IMG/VR virus record: IMGVR_UViG_3300017917_001342
Coordinates: 434,001-498,000 of that record
Strand: one strand, 5' to 3'
Length of the DNA stretch: 64,000 nucleotides
Every line of letters starts with the position of its first letter. Position 1 is the first letter of the stretch. The position numbers and the translations under genes are program-made. Positions 10,819-20,519 of this stretch are shown in pieces. The notes under the pieces were generated by a model. It had not been told where the DNA came from and ran no database searches. It saw only the letters and a program-made list of their open reading frames with translations.

Positions 10819-11772
10819 ATGACTTATTCCGTTGGTAGTATAGCACAGGCATCAGATTACAACAGTTTTGTTGGTAACACTGCTGTTAATACTGCATATG
10901 CCAGTAGTGCTGCTGCACAGAATAAAATTTCTGCACTGATTGGTGTTGGATATGGTGACAGAGGTTATGGACAAACTTCTACTAACGTATCACCTACATC
11001 AACTGGACTAGTAATCACTGCGGGGCAGTGGAACAACCTGCGCAATGCAATGAGTACTGTGAACACGCATACTGGTTCTGCGTTGACATTACAACCTGCG
11101 GTTTCAACAACTACATTAATAGAAGCACAAAACGGTACACTAGGTAGACCAGATATTGCAACACTGTTAAGTACCTTGGATACCAATAGACTGAATGCCA
11201 GTATTTTACAAATGGCAGTATCAAGTGCATTAACCAGTACTCGTACCACAGCCTGGGGTACAATTATCAGGCATGAATTTACAGTTGCGTTCTTAGATGA
11301 AAACGCAGCTAGATACTTTTTTAACTCCAGTGGGGAAATTCGTTTTTCTGGATTTAGAACAGGTGGAACAGCCAGTACTATAAACGCTGCATGGACAGCA
11401 TTGTTGATACTAGTGGGTACTGTGAAATTTGGTGCAACATCTACTACCTATACTGGATCGGGTGGATTCCCAACTACTATAGGATATTATGATCTAACTG
11501 ATACATATCAGCAGGTATTTTCCCATAATGGTGCCGGTCCATATTACTCTAGCATCAGCTATATTATACAAGCTCGTAGAGAAAACTATGTTGGTGCTAA
11601 TGGCGGCAATGGATCAACAATTCGATTCGTAGTCACATTCAACGATTCATCTGCGTACACTTATTATGGTAATACAGTAGATGGTACCATTGTTAGTCAA
11701 ATTGACCAATACAAAGCAAGCGGTGTACTAACAATAGCGTCACCTACCTACACAACTGTAGTTAATCTATAA
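10819..11772 (+). CDS. Virion structural protein (tail-associated)
   Basis: 317 aa, S/T/G-rich, starts MTYSVGSIAQASDYN; last gene of the structural run. Confidence 0.55.
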   Translation: MTYSVGSIAQASDYNSFVGNTAVNTAYASSAAAQNKISALIGVGYGDRGYGQTSTNVSPTSTGLVITAGQWNNLRNAMSTVNTHTGSALTLQPAVSTTTLIEAQNGTLGRPDIATLLSTLDTNRLNASILQMAVSSALTSTRTTAWGTIIRHEFTVAFLDENAARYFFNSSGEIRFSGFRTGGTASTINAAWTALLILVGTVKFGATSTTYTGSGGFPTTIGYYDLTDTYQQVFSHNGAGPYYSSISYIIQARRENYVGANGGNGSTIRFVVTFNDSSAYTYYGNTVDGTIVSQIDQYKASGVLTIASPTYTTVVNL

Positions 11773-11774
11773 AT

Positions 11775-11803
11775 TTGACATCTGTTTAAAAATGCATCAT
11801 GCT
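11775..11803 (+). promoter_or_regulatory. Possible sigma70-type promoter (TTGACA-17-CATGCT)
   Basis: Perfect -35 and 17-bp spacer but an imperfect -10. Intergenic, ahead of the glycosyltransferase cluster. Confidence 0.4.
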
Positions 11804-11833
11804 GTAGTGTGAGTACTTCGCACGGGTGTATAT

Positions 11834-12193
11834 ATGGATGAACGATTAAAGAAAGCGTTGGAGTTTTCTAACTACAGAATAAGTCTTTTTCAGAAAAAAG
11901 AAGACCTTAAACTCAACTTGTCTAACATGCTTACATATGCAAACAATGGTGGTATATTTAAAATAGATCAGTCATTGATATGTTTTGTAAAAGCTATTAT
12001 CGATCAAGGCAAAGAACGTATTGTATTGATCGATTCAAACGAAAATCCCATTGTTGTTACCGACATTAAAGAATTTTACAATGAAATATTCAATAGATAT
12101 TTCGAAGCAACTAATCTCTACCACACTGAATACACTAAACTTAAAAAAAGCCGCACTGTGGGCAGTTTACATGATTTCATAGAGGAAGAATAA
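11834..12193 (+). CDS. Hypothetical protein (119 aa)
   Basis: Clean ORF, first gene of an overlapping operon. Confidence 0.75.
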   Translation: MDERLKKALEFSNYRISLFQKKEDLKLNLSNMLTYANNGGIFKIDQSLICFVKAIIDQGKERIVLIDSNENPIVVTDIKEFYNEIFNRYFEATNLYHTEYTKLKKSRTVGSLHDFIEEE

Positions 12194-12194
12194 C

Positions 12195-13076
12195 GTGGAC
12201 AAAGGTTATCTAATGTTTGCGTATAATAACACCAGCATTGATTATATATCAATGGCACTATGCAATGCATTGCTTATCAAGAAACATTTAAAACACAACA
12301 ACGTTGCATTGGTTACCAACGAATATTCTATGACCTATTTAAAATCAATAACCAATGACGAATTAATTGAACGTGCATTTGATATTGTAATCTATGATGA
12401 TATAAAAGATGGTAACAACGCAATTAGAGTTTTTAAAGATACTCGTTATACCGAATTTAGAGACAAGTACCAAAATATAAACAGAATAAATGCCTACAAT
12501 ATAACACCGTTTGAACAAACTGTTGTATTAGACACAGATTATCTCATGTTAGATTCTAGCATGGACCTGGTTTGGGATTGTGAAGAAGATTTTATGTGTA
12601 ATAGAAAAACTGTTACATTGGATCATGAAAAAAACTCATTTGGTTTTAATAATCGTTTCAATGAAATGAGCATACCGCTGTATTGGGCAACAGCAATATA
12701 TTTTAAAAAATCTGAACGCAGTAGATCTGTCTTTGAACTTATTAATTTTATCAAAGAAAATTACGAATATTACGGCTATTTGTATAGTTTTCAACCATGC
12801 GGATATTTCCGTAATGATTTTGCATTGAGTATTGCTATACATATGATTGACAATTGTATGGAATACAACTCAGTTAAACCATTTCCAATTGATTATATTC
12901 TAGTAAGTTTAGATGTAGATGAAATACATTCTTTTAAAAATGGTAGATTCCATATAACATCTGAACCAGATCCCGGTCAATTCAAATTGCACAACACATT
13001 TAATAACGTTCATGTCATGAATAAACGTGCAATACTTCGATACAAAGATGAGATTATAAATTATGCCTGTTTATAA
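12195..13076 (+). CDS. GT-A fold glycosyltransferase-like protein (GT8-like)
   Basis: GYLMFAYNN...DYI, RINAYNITPFEQTVVLDTDYL (DxD motif), WATAIYF. Confidence 0.6.
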   Translation: MDKGYLMFAYNNTSIDYISMALCNALLIKKHLKHNNVALVTNEYSMTYLKSITNDELIERAFDIVIYDDIKDGNNAIRVFKDTRYTEFRDKYQNINRINAYNITPFEQTVVLDTDYLMLDSSMDLVWDCEEDFMCNRKTVTLDHEKNSFGFNNRFNEMSIPLYWATAIYFKKSERSRSVFELINFIKENYEYYGYLYSFQPCGYFRNDFALSIAIHMIDNCMEYNSVKPFPIDYILVSLDVDEIHSFKNGRFHITSEPDPGQFKLHNTFNNVHVMNKRAILRYKDEIINYACL

Positions 13077-13938
13077 AACACCTGATCCTACCAGAGGGTT
13101 TTTTACTATTGCGCAAAACAGTGGTGACAATGATTATGTTAGAATGGCATATGCATTGTCGTTGAGTTTAAAAGCAAGTCAATCTAAGGTTAAAAATCTC
13201 AGCATTGGAATTACACCCGGTACTACTGTGCCAGATGAGTATGCCTGGGCATTTGATCACATTGTAGAAATTCCCTGGGGCGACCACGCTGCCAATAGCG
13301 AATGGAAATTGGAAAATGAATGGAAAACCATTCATATGAGTCCCTATGATGAAACTGTAAAACTTGATGCAGATATGCTGTTTTTCAACGATATTAATCT
13401 ATGGTGGGATAAAATGGCAATAGAAGATTTTACATTCTGCAATCAAGTGTTGTCTTATAGGGCCGAAGTTGTTAACAGTGATTATTATAGAAAAACTTTT
13501 ACTTCTAATAACCTACCAAATATATACACAGCTTTTATGTTTTTCAAAAAAACACCAATCTGTTATGACCTCTTTAGTCTCGCTAAAATTGTTTATTTTA
13601 ACTGGGAACGATTTTTTGAACAGTATCTGTTGCCAGAAGACCGACCAAAATACCCAAGTACAGATGTGATATTTGCATTGGTTCTTAAAATTTTTGATAT
13701 AGATCAGACGCTATACAAACGCAGATCTATTCCAACCTTTACACATATGAAACCAAAATTGCAAGGATGGAATATAGCAGATGTAAAAAATTGGCAATCT
13801 AAAATTCCTGTATTTTTTACACCAGAATTGCAATGTAGAATAGGAAATCATTTGCAATTTTTCCCGTTGCATTATCACAATAAAACTTTTGTCACCGATA
13901 ACATATTGAGCTATTATGAACAACAACTTAATACCTGA
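13063..13938 (+). CDS. GT-A fold glycosyltransferase-like protein (paralogue of 12195)
   Basis: GFFTIAQN...DYVRMAYAL, SPYDETVKLDADMLF (DxD motif), YTAFMFF. Confidence 0.6.
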   Translation: MPVYKTPDPTRGFFTIAQNSGDNDYVRMAYALSLSLKASQSKVKNLSIGITPGTTVPDEYAWAFDHIVEIPWGDHAANSEWKLENEWKTIHMSPYDETVKLDADMLFFNDINLWWDKMAIEDFTFCNQVLSYRAEVVNSDYYRKTFTSNNLPNIYTAFMFFKKTPICYDLFSLAKIVYFNWERFFEQYLLPEDRPKYPSTDVIFALVLKIFDIDQTLYKRRSIPTFTHMKPKLQGWNIADVKNWQSKIPVFFTPELQCRIGNHLQFFPLHYHNKTFVTDNILSYYEQQLNT

Positions 13939-14458
13939 TTTAACCAATGCCTGGGCCTGGTTTGAAAAAGACACTGGTTTAATAAAACACGTGAGTTTTA
14001 TTGACAACCAGTTATCGGAAGATAGCGGTCTAACTAAGATTAAAATTGACCCTAAAACTGCAACTGACATTATCACAGGTGTTAGCAATTTCTCACATTA
14101 CAAAGTTGTACAAAAAAACAATGAATATGTTGCAATTTACATAGCGTCTAACCTACTGAGTATGATTTCAGTTTTTTGGTCATTGAAAGAACTTAAACCA
14201 TTTGATCGAAAATGGTTACTATTTACTGAACCCGAAAGTCCTATTAGATTAGTGACTACTGAAACCGGATACGACATGTATGTAGTATCTTATGTACAAA
14301 ACGGTAAACTTTATATTACCATTAAAGAAGACCCAAGTTGGTTAGTAAAAACTGTAGACATTTCATCTGCTGTAGCTAATAATGGTTTAGGACCAATACC
14401 AATTTCATTAGACATGAGTAGAAATTACAGTGTATATGTGAGGCAAGATGCAGCGTAA
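13916..14458 (+). CDS. Hypothetical protein (180 aa)
   Basis: Overlaps both neighbours in the operon; no recognised motif. Confidence 0.65.
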   Translation: MNNNLIPDLTNAWAWFEKDTGLIKHVSFIDNQLSEDSGLTKIKIDPKTATDIITGVSNFSHYKVVQKNNEYVAIYIASNLLSMISVFWSLKELKPFDRKWLLFTEPESPIRLVTTETGYDMYVVSYVQNGKLYITIKEDPSWLVKTVDISSAVANNGLGPIPISLDMSRNYSVYVRQDAA

Positions 14459-15353
14459 TATTATTGAATTTGATTTTGTATTTTTAAGTTACGATGAACC
14501 AAACGCAGAAATGCTATATGCAGAACTGTTAAACGTTGTACCGTGGGCAAAGAGAGTACACGGAGTCAAAGGATTTGATGCTGCGCACATTGCATGCGCA
14601 GATGCGTCCGACACTGATTTTTTTGTAACAGTTGATGGTGACAATCGCATAGATCCAAAATTTTTAGACATTTCTATCGAAATTGAAGATTATCAGAATG
14701 ACCATGCATGGACTTGGGCTAGTCGCAATCACATAAACGGATTGGTATATGGCAATGGCGGTTTAAAATTATGGAGTAAATCGTTTGTGTACAACATGAA
14801 AAGCCATGAAAATAGCAGTACAGATGCTGGTAAGGTAGATTTCTGTTGGAATCACAAATACCATGATGTGTTCGGTACGTACAGTACTACTATGGCAAAT
14901 GGCAGTGCCTATCAAGCATGGAGAGCAGGATACCGCGAAGGTGTCAAAATGAGCCTCAATAACGGCAAACGAGTAAACCCGCCGGACTTTGCAAGAACTA
15001 TATGGGTATACAACCTACACAAACTTTTAATTTGGTGCAGTGTAGGTGCAGACGTTACCAACGGCATATGGAGTATTTTAGGTGCTAGACAGGGTGCATA
15101 CGATTGCAATTTAACTGATTGGGATTATACTCAGATACATGACTACAATTGGTTCAAGTCTAAATGGGATACGATAAAAGACTGTGATCCTGCTGCTAAA
15201 GCAATGGAGTTTGGTAAGGACCTAAGAAAAGGGTTAAACATCGACATTGCAGATTTTGATGCACAACAAAGTAAATTTTTTAAGAGTGTGTATATCAATC
15301 CGCCAAGACCACTAATTGGCTACGATATGATTTCTCATATATCTGCAACATAA
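14448..15353 (+). CDS. GT2-like glycosyltransferase-fold protein, paralogue 1
   Basis: FLSYDEPNAE...VHGVKGFDAAH...TVDGD, NGLVYGNGGLKLW, AWRAGYREGVK. Confidence 0.6.
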   Translation: MQRNIIEFDFVFLSYDEPNAEMLYAELLNVVPWAKRVHGVKGFDAAHIACADASDTDFFVTVDGDNRIDPKFLDISIEIEDYQNDHAWTWASRNHINGLVYGNGGLKLWSKSFVYNMKSHENSSTDAGKVDFCWNHKYHDVFGTYSTTMANGSAYQAWRAGYREGVKMSLNNGKRVNPPDFARTIWVYNLHKLLIWCSVGADVTNGIWSILGARQGAYDCNLTDWDYTQIHDYNWFKSKWDTIKDCDPAAKAMEFGKDLRKGLNIDIADFDAQQSKFFKSVYINPPRPLIGYDMISHISAT

Positions 15354-15371
15354 TTTAAATCATTTACAAAA

Positions 15372-16535
15372 TTGAGCAGTTTAATGTACGATATAGTATA
15401 TGTAAAACTGTCAGACAATTTAGATGGGTATAATTCGTTAAAACAACAGTACCCACATATTATATTGCTTGACGGTTATACAGACTTAATAGACACTATG
15501 CATAGAGTAAAATCATTGTGTTTTACTAATATGTATTGGTTGGTATCAGACTGCGACGATGACAACCTAAATACTATATTGCAATGGCGGCCCTGGGATT
15601 GTGATAAACTGGTACCATATTTTTGGAAAAACAGCAAACACAGTGATGCCAACTTAGATGATGTCAAGACAGGCAACAACACATTAACACAGGGTGCATA
15701 TCTCTTACCGTTGGATTATCAGTTCAACAGTGAAGAAATTAAAAACCACAGACTGTTAGATATTGCAATTATCAGCGGCAACAGTCCTGGGTCGTTACCC
15801 TTTGACATATTTTTTGTTAGCTATAACGAACCAAATGCAGATGAAAATTGGCAGCGTGTCGTTGATAGATTTCCTTACGCTAGACGAGTACATGGTATTA
15901 AAGGTATTGACAAGGCACACAGGCGCTGTGCTGAACTTAGTCGGTCTGGTATGTTTTGGACAATCGATGCCGATGCTGTGATACATGACGACTTTAATTT
16001 TGATTATGTTCCTGACATAAAAGAACGACCGTATCTATACATATGGCACAGTTTGAATCCTGTTAACGGATTAGAATATGGCTGGGGTGCAGTTAAGTTA
16101 TGGCCTACCAAACTGGTTTTAGATTTCGACGGCAATTGGTTAGATTTTACTACAACTGTGGGCAACATTCGTATGATGCCAGAAGTTGTTGCAACCAGTG
16201 CATTTAATATCGATGCGTGGACATCCTGGCGAAGTGGATTTAGAGAAACAATCAAACTCTGTGTTAATGTATCCAATGGTGATCACGAAGAAAGTCTATA
16301 CAGACTCATAACCTGGTTGACTGTTGCAAAATCGGTACCGTATGCTAATGATACAAGAAACGGTGCAATAGAAGGGGTTGAATTCTTTTTGTCTGCTACA
16401 TCTCTATCTGATCTATTAGTAATCAATGATTTTGATAAACTAAAACCCATATTCAATAATAGAAAAACAACTGTGGTTTTTGATACACCGTTAGACAAGC
16501 TTGTTGAAAAATTAAAGGCCCATTGTCTTGTATGA
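15372..16535 (+). CDS. GT2-like protein, paralogue 2 (degenerate N-terminal copy plus intact C-terminal copy)
   Basis: C-terminal half has FFVSYNEPNADENW...VHGIKG...TIDAD...NGLEYGWGAVKLW...WRSGFRE. N-terminal half is a diverged copy (YDIVYV...MYWLVSD). Confidence 0.6.
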   Translation: MSSLMYDIVYVKLSDNLDGYNSLKQQYPHIILLDGYTDLIDTMHRVKSLCFTNMYWLVSDCDDDNLNTILQWRPWDCDKLVPYFWKNSKHSDANLDDVKTGNNTLTQGAYLLPLDYQFNSEEIKNHRLLDIAIISGNSPGSLPFDIFFVSYNEPNADENWQRVVDRFPYARRVHGIKGIDKAHRRCAELSRSGMFWTIDADAVIHDDFNFDYVPDIKERPYLYIWHSLNPVNGLEYGWGAVKLWPTKLVLDFDGNWLDFTTTVGNIRMMPEVVATSAFNIDAWTSWRSGFRETIKLCVNVSNGDHEESLYRLITWLTVAKSVPYANDTRNGAIEGVEFFLSATSLSDLLVINDFDKLKPIFNNRKTTVVFDTPLDKLVEKLKAHCLV

Positions 16536-17220
16536 TATTGTTTTTATAAGCTACAACGAAACCAATGCAGAAGAAAACTGGGAACTGCTAAAACGTAGAA
16601 TGCCTAGAGCTATGAGATTGCATGGTATAAAAGGTTTACATGCTGCACACGCAACTGCCGCAGCTATGGTATCTACTGACATGTTTTATGTTGTTGACGG
16701 CGATGCAGAAATACTGGATAATTTTGATTTTGACTATAATGTAGATGATCACAAAAAACAGTGTGTCCATGTGTTCAGAGCTAAAAATCCAGTAAACGAT
16801 CTTGTGTATGGGTACGGTGCAGTAAAACTACTGCCTACTAAAGATGTGTTATCTATTACGTCAACTAAACTCAAACCAGATGTTACCACAAGCATCAATC
16901 GACGTTATGAAATAATTCATAAAATATCTAACATAACCAGATTCAATACCAATGAATTTAACACTTGGAGAAGTGCATTTAGAGAATGTGCTAAACTTGC
17001 TAGTAAAATAATACCAGAACAAGTAGACACAGAAACAGAACATCGTTTGAAAATCTGGTGTAATGTTGGGTCTGATCGACCCTTTGGTGAATGGTCTATT
17101 TTGGGTGCGCAAGCAGGTAAAAATTTCGGATTAACCTATAGAAACGATGTTGATCGTATGATGATGATTAACAACGTAGACACAATGCGTCTACTCTATG
17201 ATAGATACAAGTTGGTGTAA
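16528..17220 (+). CDS. GT2-like protein, paralogue 3
   Basis: YDIVFISYNETNAEENW...LHGIKG...VVDGD...YGYGAVKL...WRSAFRE. Confidence 0.6.
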   Translation: MYDIVFISYNETNAEENWELLKRRMPRAMRLHGIKGLHAAHATAAAMVSTDMFYVVDGDAEILDNFDFDYNVDDHKKQCVHVFRAKNPVNDLVYGYGAVKLLPTKDVLSITSTKLKPDVTTSINRRYEIIHKISNITRFNTNEFNTWRSAFRECAKLASKIIPEQVDTETEHRLKIWCNVGSDRPFGEWSILGAQAGKNFGLTYRNDVDRMMMINNVDTMRLLYDRYKLV

Positions 17221-18112
17221 TATGAACACTGCACCTTTAACTGATAGCTTCACTGTTAACACTCTTGATATATTTTTTATCAGCTATGACGAACCTAATG
17301 CAGAAACCAATTGGAAACATCTACAAGAAATTACCAATAACCGAGCAAAGCGTATTCATAATGTAAAAGGTTTCGACAAAGTACATAAACTCTGTGCTAA
17401 ATCAAGTACCACACGGCGCCTCGTTATTGTAGACGGTGACAGTTGGGTAAATTCCAACATCTTAGATGTCACGTTAGACGATGCCGAACACAAGACTGCA
17501 TGTTTTAGTTTTAAAAGCATTAATTTTATCAATGGTCTGGAATACGGCAACGGTGGTATAAAAATCTGGGACAAGAACACACTGTTAGATTCCAATACAC
17601 ACGAATCATCGAATACAACAGACTTTTGCTGGGATATACCATATTATCAAATTGACCAAATAAGTGGTACTACCGTTCAAAACGCTAGCCCATATCAAGC
17701 ATGGCGGGCAGGTTACCGCGAAGGTGTTAAATTAACATACCTAAACGGTAAACCCATTAACAACTGGAACAGTGATCGCAAAAAACTATGGAAAGGCAAT
17801 TTGAGTAAATTGTCAGTGTGGTGCTCAGTTGGTCGTGATATAGAAAACGGAATCTGGGCAATACTAGGTGCTAGACAAGGACTGTGTGAAACATTAGGGT
17901 CTGAGCTAGATACTACTGTTATCAATGACTACGACTGGTTCAATACTAAATGGCAAACCGTACAAGACGGCAATCCAGAATCTTTGGCAATACAATATGC
18001 AGCTACTCTCGACACACATTATGATTTTTATATACCAGAACTTGATGTTAAGAGCAGCAAATGGTTTAAGAACACCTATATCAATCCTGCAAGACAGGGG
18101 CTAATGAAATGA
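17198..18112 (+). CDS. GT2-like protein, paralogue 4
   Basis: DIFFISYDEPNAETNW...IHNVKG...IVDGD...NGLEYGNGGIKIW...AWRAGYREGVK; closest to paralogue 1. Confidence 0.6.
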   Translation: MIDTSWCNMNTAPLTDSFTVNTLDIFFISYDEPNAETNWKHLQEITNNRAKRIHNVKGFDKVHKLCAKSSTTRRLVIVDGDSWVNSNILDVTLDDAEHKTACFSFKSINFINGLEYGNGGIKIWDKNTLLDSNTHESSNTTDFCWDIPYYQIDQISGTTVQNASPYQAWRAGYREGVKLTYLNGKPINNWNSDRKKLWKGNLSKLSVWCSVGRDIENGIWAILGARQGLCETLGSELDTTVINDYDWFNTKWQTVQDGNPESLAIQYAATLDTHYDFYIPELDVKSSKWFKNTYINPARQGLMK

Positions 18113-19179
18113 CAATGCAATTACACGATAAAAATATTTTAGTTCAGTTACATAATGATCCTGCAATATTAAGTTTCATTCTTAAATTAACTGACAGCGA
18201 TAAAGTTGCATTCAAACAGTTATTGGTTTGGCCTCGATCATTGATTAGTATGATGTCTAAAAGTGACACTAATGTTATTGAATTTTTAAACAAATGTACT
18301 CAAGATGAAATGGTATATGTAAAAGACATAGTGTCGTGGCCTCAAACACTGTTTGCACTATTGACAAAAAACAATAACAAAGTACTGAAGTTTCTAAATA
18401 GGATTTCTGATACTGAACGTTTTAGCATTGAACAAATATTAGAATGGTCGCCAGTACTGTTGAAAACGCTGCGTGACACACCAGAACACGTTACCGTAAT
18501 ACATCGTATGTGGGATATCGTACCCGACATGCCACGGTTCCTTAAAACCTATTTTGCAGTATACACGCATCCAAACTTCAACAATAAAGAAATGATGGAT
18601 GCCTTTAGTAATGGACAGCTTAATAGCAAACTATGGTTAATTGATACTGTTGAGTCATTGAACATATCGTTGAACAGAGTATGGACGCTGTGTGGGTGGA
18701 TAGGCACATTGGCCTATTTGATGTTTATTCGTAGACAGAGTCTTGACATAACTCATATTCGCAGTTTTGATATAGATGATAACTGTCACGAATTAGCAGA
18801 TACAATGAACAGAGAGCAGGTAGTAGAAGGTTGGGATTTTAAAGCATCTACATTAGACGTGAATCTATTGCAATATGACGACTTTACATTTAACACTATG
18901 AGACGCAATGGTACTGTTCAGCCTGTGTTTGATTCGGCTGACACTATAATCAACACCAGTTGTGACCATATGGGCAACTCGGACGTTTGGTGGAACAATA
19001 TTCCAAGTGGTAAATTGGTTATATTACAAAACAACGATTTCTTTGAACATGACGAACACAGCAATTGTTGTTTTTCGTTAGAGCAATTTAAGTTAAAATA
19101 TCCTATGCAACAAATTCTATATGAAGGTGCTCTTGATTGCACAATATACAATAGATTTATGTTGATAGGCTATAAATGA
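18109..19179 (+). CDS. Class I SAM-dependent methyltransferase-like protein with three N-terminal 36-aa repeats
   Basis: C-terminal DAFSNGQLNSKLW...LCGWIG...RSFDID...IINTSCDH Rossmann-like pattern. Trp at residues 41/77/113 marks the repeat. Confidence 0.55.
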   Translation: MTMQLHDKNILVQLHNDPAILSFILKLTDSDKVAFKQLLVWPRSLISMMSKSDTNVIEFLNKCTQDEMVYVKDIVSWPQTLFALLTKNNNKVLKFLNRISDTERFSIEQILEWSPVLLKTLRDTPEHVTVIHRMWDIVPDMPRFLKTYFAVYTHPNFNNKEMMDAFSNGQLNSKLWLIDTVESLNISLNRVWTLCGWIGTLAYLMFIRRQSLDITHIRSFDIDDNCHELADTMNREQVVEGWDFKASTLDVNLLQYDDFTFNTMRRNGTVQPVFDSADTIINTSCDHMGNSDVWWNNIPSGKLVILQNNDFFEHDEHSNCCFSLEQFKLKYPMQQILYEGALDCTIYNRFMLIGYK

Positions 19180-20519
19180 CAGTGGATTTGTCAACTTTAA
19201 CAATTAGGCAATTACAAGAAGAATCTGCAAGAGTACTTGCCGCAGGAGATGGCTTTGGCAACAATGAATTGGTAAAATTCAATAAAGTTGCTAACCATAA
19301 CAGTCATGATTGGTATCGTGCTGTTATCGCATGGTACATAGAGCAGTATGGCAATTTGCCAAGTGTTGCAGGACCAGGTAAACAGGTTAAGTTGCTATTA
19401 CAAAACACACCGACTGTGCAGCAACCTGTTTCACAGATATATCCCTATGATAAAATCAGTGTAGTACATCTTGAAATCACATCTAAGTGCAATGCCAGTT
19501 GTCCGATGTGCGCAAGAAATAAATTCGGCGGACCTGTAAATGATCTGTTGCCACTAACTGAACTCAGTCTCATTGATATACAGCGTATCATGCCAATTGA
19601 GTTTGTACAGCAATTAACCAGACTTTATATGTGTGGTAACTATGGTGACCCTATTGTTGCCGCTGACATGTTAGAAGTGTGCGAATGGCTAAGGTCTATA
19701 AACCCTGGAATAAAATTAGGCATACACACAAATGGTAGTGCAAAAACCGAGGGGTGGTGGAAACAACTTGGCAAATTGCTTTGTAAAAAAGGTGATTATG
19801 TAAAATTTGGTATAGATGGCTTACAAGACACAAACCATATCTATCGCAGAGGCACCTATTGGCAAAAGCTTATGAATAACGCACAGGCATTTATCAACGC
19901 TGGTGGTATTGCGCAATGGGAATTTATTGTTTTTAAACACAACGAACATCAAATCGAAGAAGCTGAACAACTGAGTAAATCTATGGGTTTTCAACAGTTC
20001 AGAGTTAAGAAGACTGGCAGGTTTTTCAGTAATACGCGATTAGAAGGTAAAGACCGTCAAGAAGTATGGAATAGAAACGGCGACGTAGAATACTATATCG
20101 AAAAACCAACTAATCCTGTGTATACTAATGACAGTTTAGAAAAAGAACAACAGCTTGTAGACACCTTCGGCAGTATGCAAAATTATGTAGATCAAACCTG
20201 TGTTAAGTGTAAAGTTGCTGAAGATCATAGCATTTACATATCTGCTGAAGGATTGGTGTTCCCATGCTGCTGGACTGCCAATCAAATGTACATATGGTAT
20301 ACGCCGTTTAAGAAGAATGAAATATGGTCGTTGTTAGACGGTGATACTACACAGATAAGTGCATTAGAAAATGACCTGAAATCTATAATAGAGGGTAAGT
20401 TTTTCAATGACATAGCTAGTAGCTGGTCGAAGTCTAACACTAGTGACGGTAAACTAAAAGTCTGTGCTAAAACCTGTGGTACAGGCTTTGACCAATTTGC
20501 AAGCCAATTTAAAAAGTGA
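19176..20519 (+). CDS. Radical SAM protein with C-terminal SPASM/twitch-like domain
   Basis: CNASCPMC (CxxxCxxC), CGNYGDP, HTNG, C-terminal C...GLVFPCCW...CAKTC. Confidence 0.85.
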   Translation: MTVDLSTLTIRQLQEESARVLAAGDGFGNNELVKFNKVANHNSHDWYRAVIAWYIEQYGNLPSVAGPGKQVKLLLQNTPTVQQPVSQIYPYDKISVVHLEITSKCNASCPMCARNKFGGPVNDLLPLTELSLIDIQRIMPIEFVQQLTRLYMCGNYGDPIVAADMLEVCEWLRSINPGIKLGIHTNGSAKTEGWWKQLGKLLCKKGDYVKFGIDGLQDTNHIYRRGTYWQKLMNNAQAFINAGGIAQWEFIVFKHNEHQIEEAEQLSKSMGFQQFRVKKTGRFFSNTRLEGKDRQEVWNRNGDVEYYIEKPTNPVYTNDSLEKEQQLVDTFGSMQNYVDQTCVKCKVAEDHSIYISAEGLVFPCCWTANQMYIWYTPFKKNEIWSLLDGDTTQISALENDLKSIIEGKFFNDIASSWSKSNTSDGKLKVCAKTCGTGFDQFASQFKK

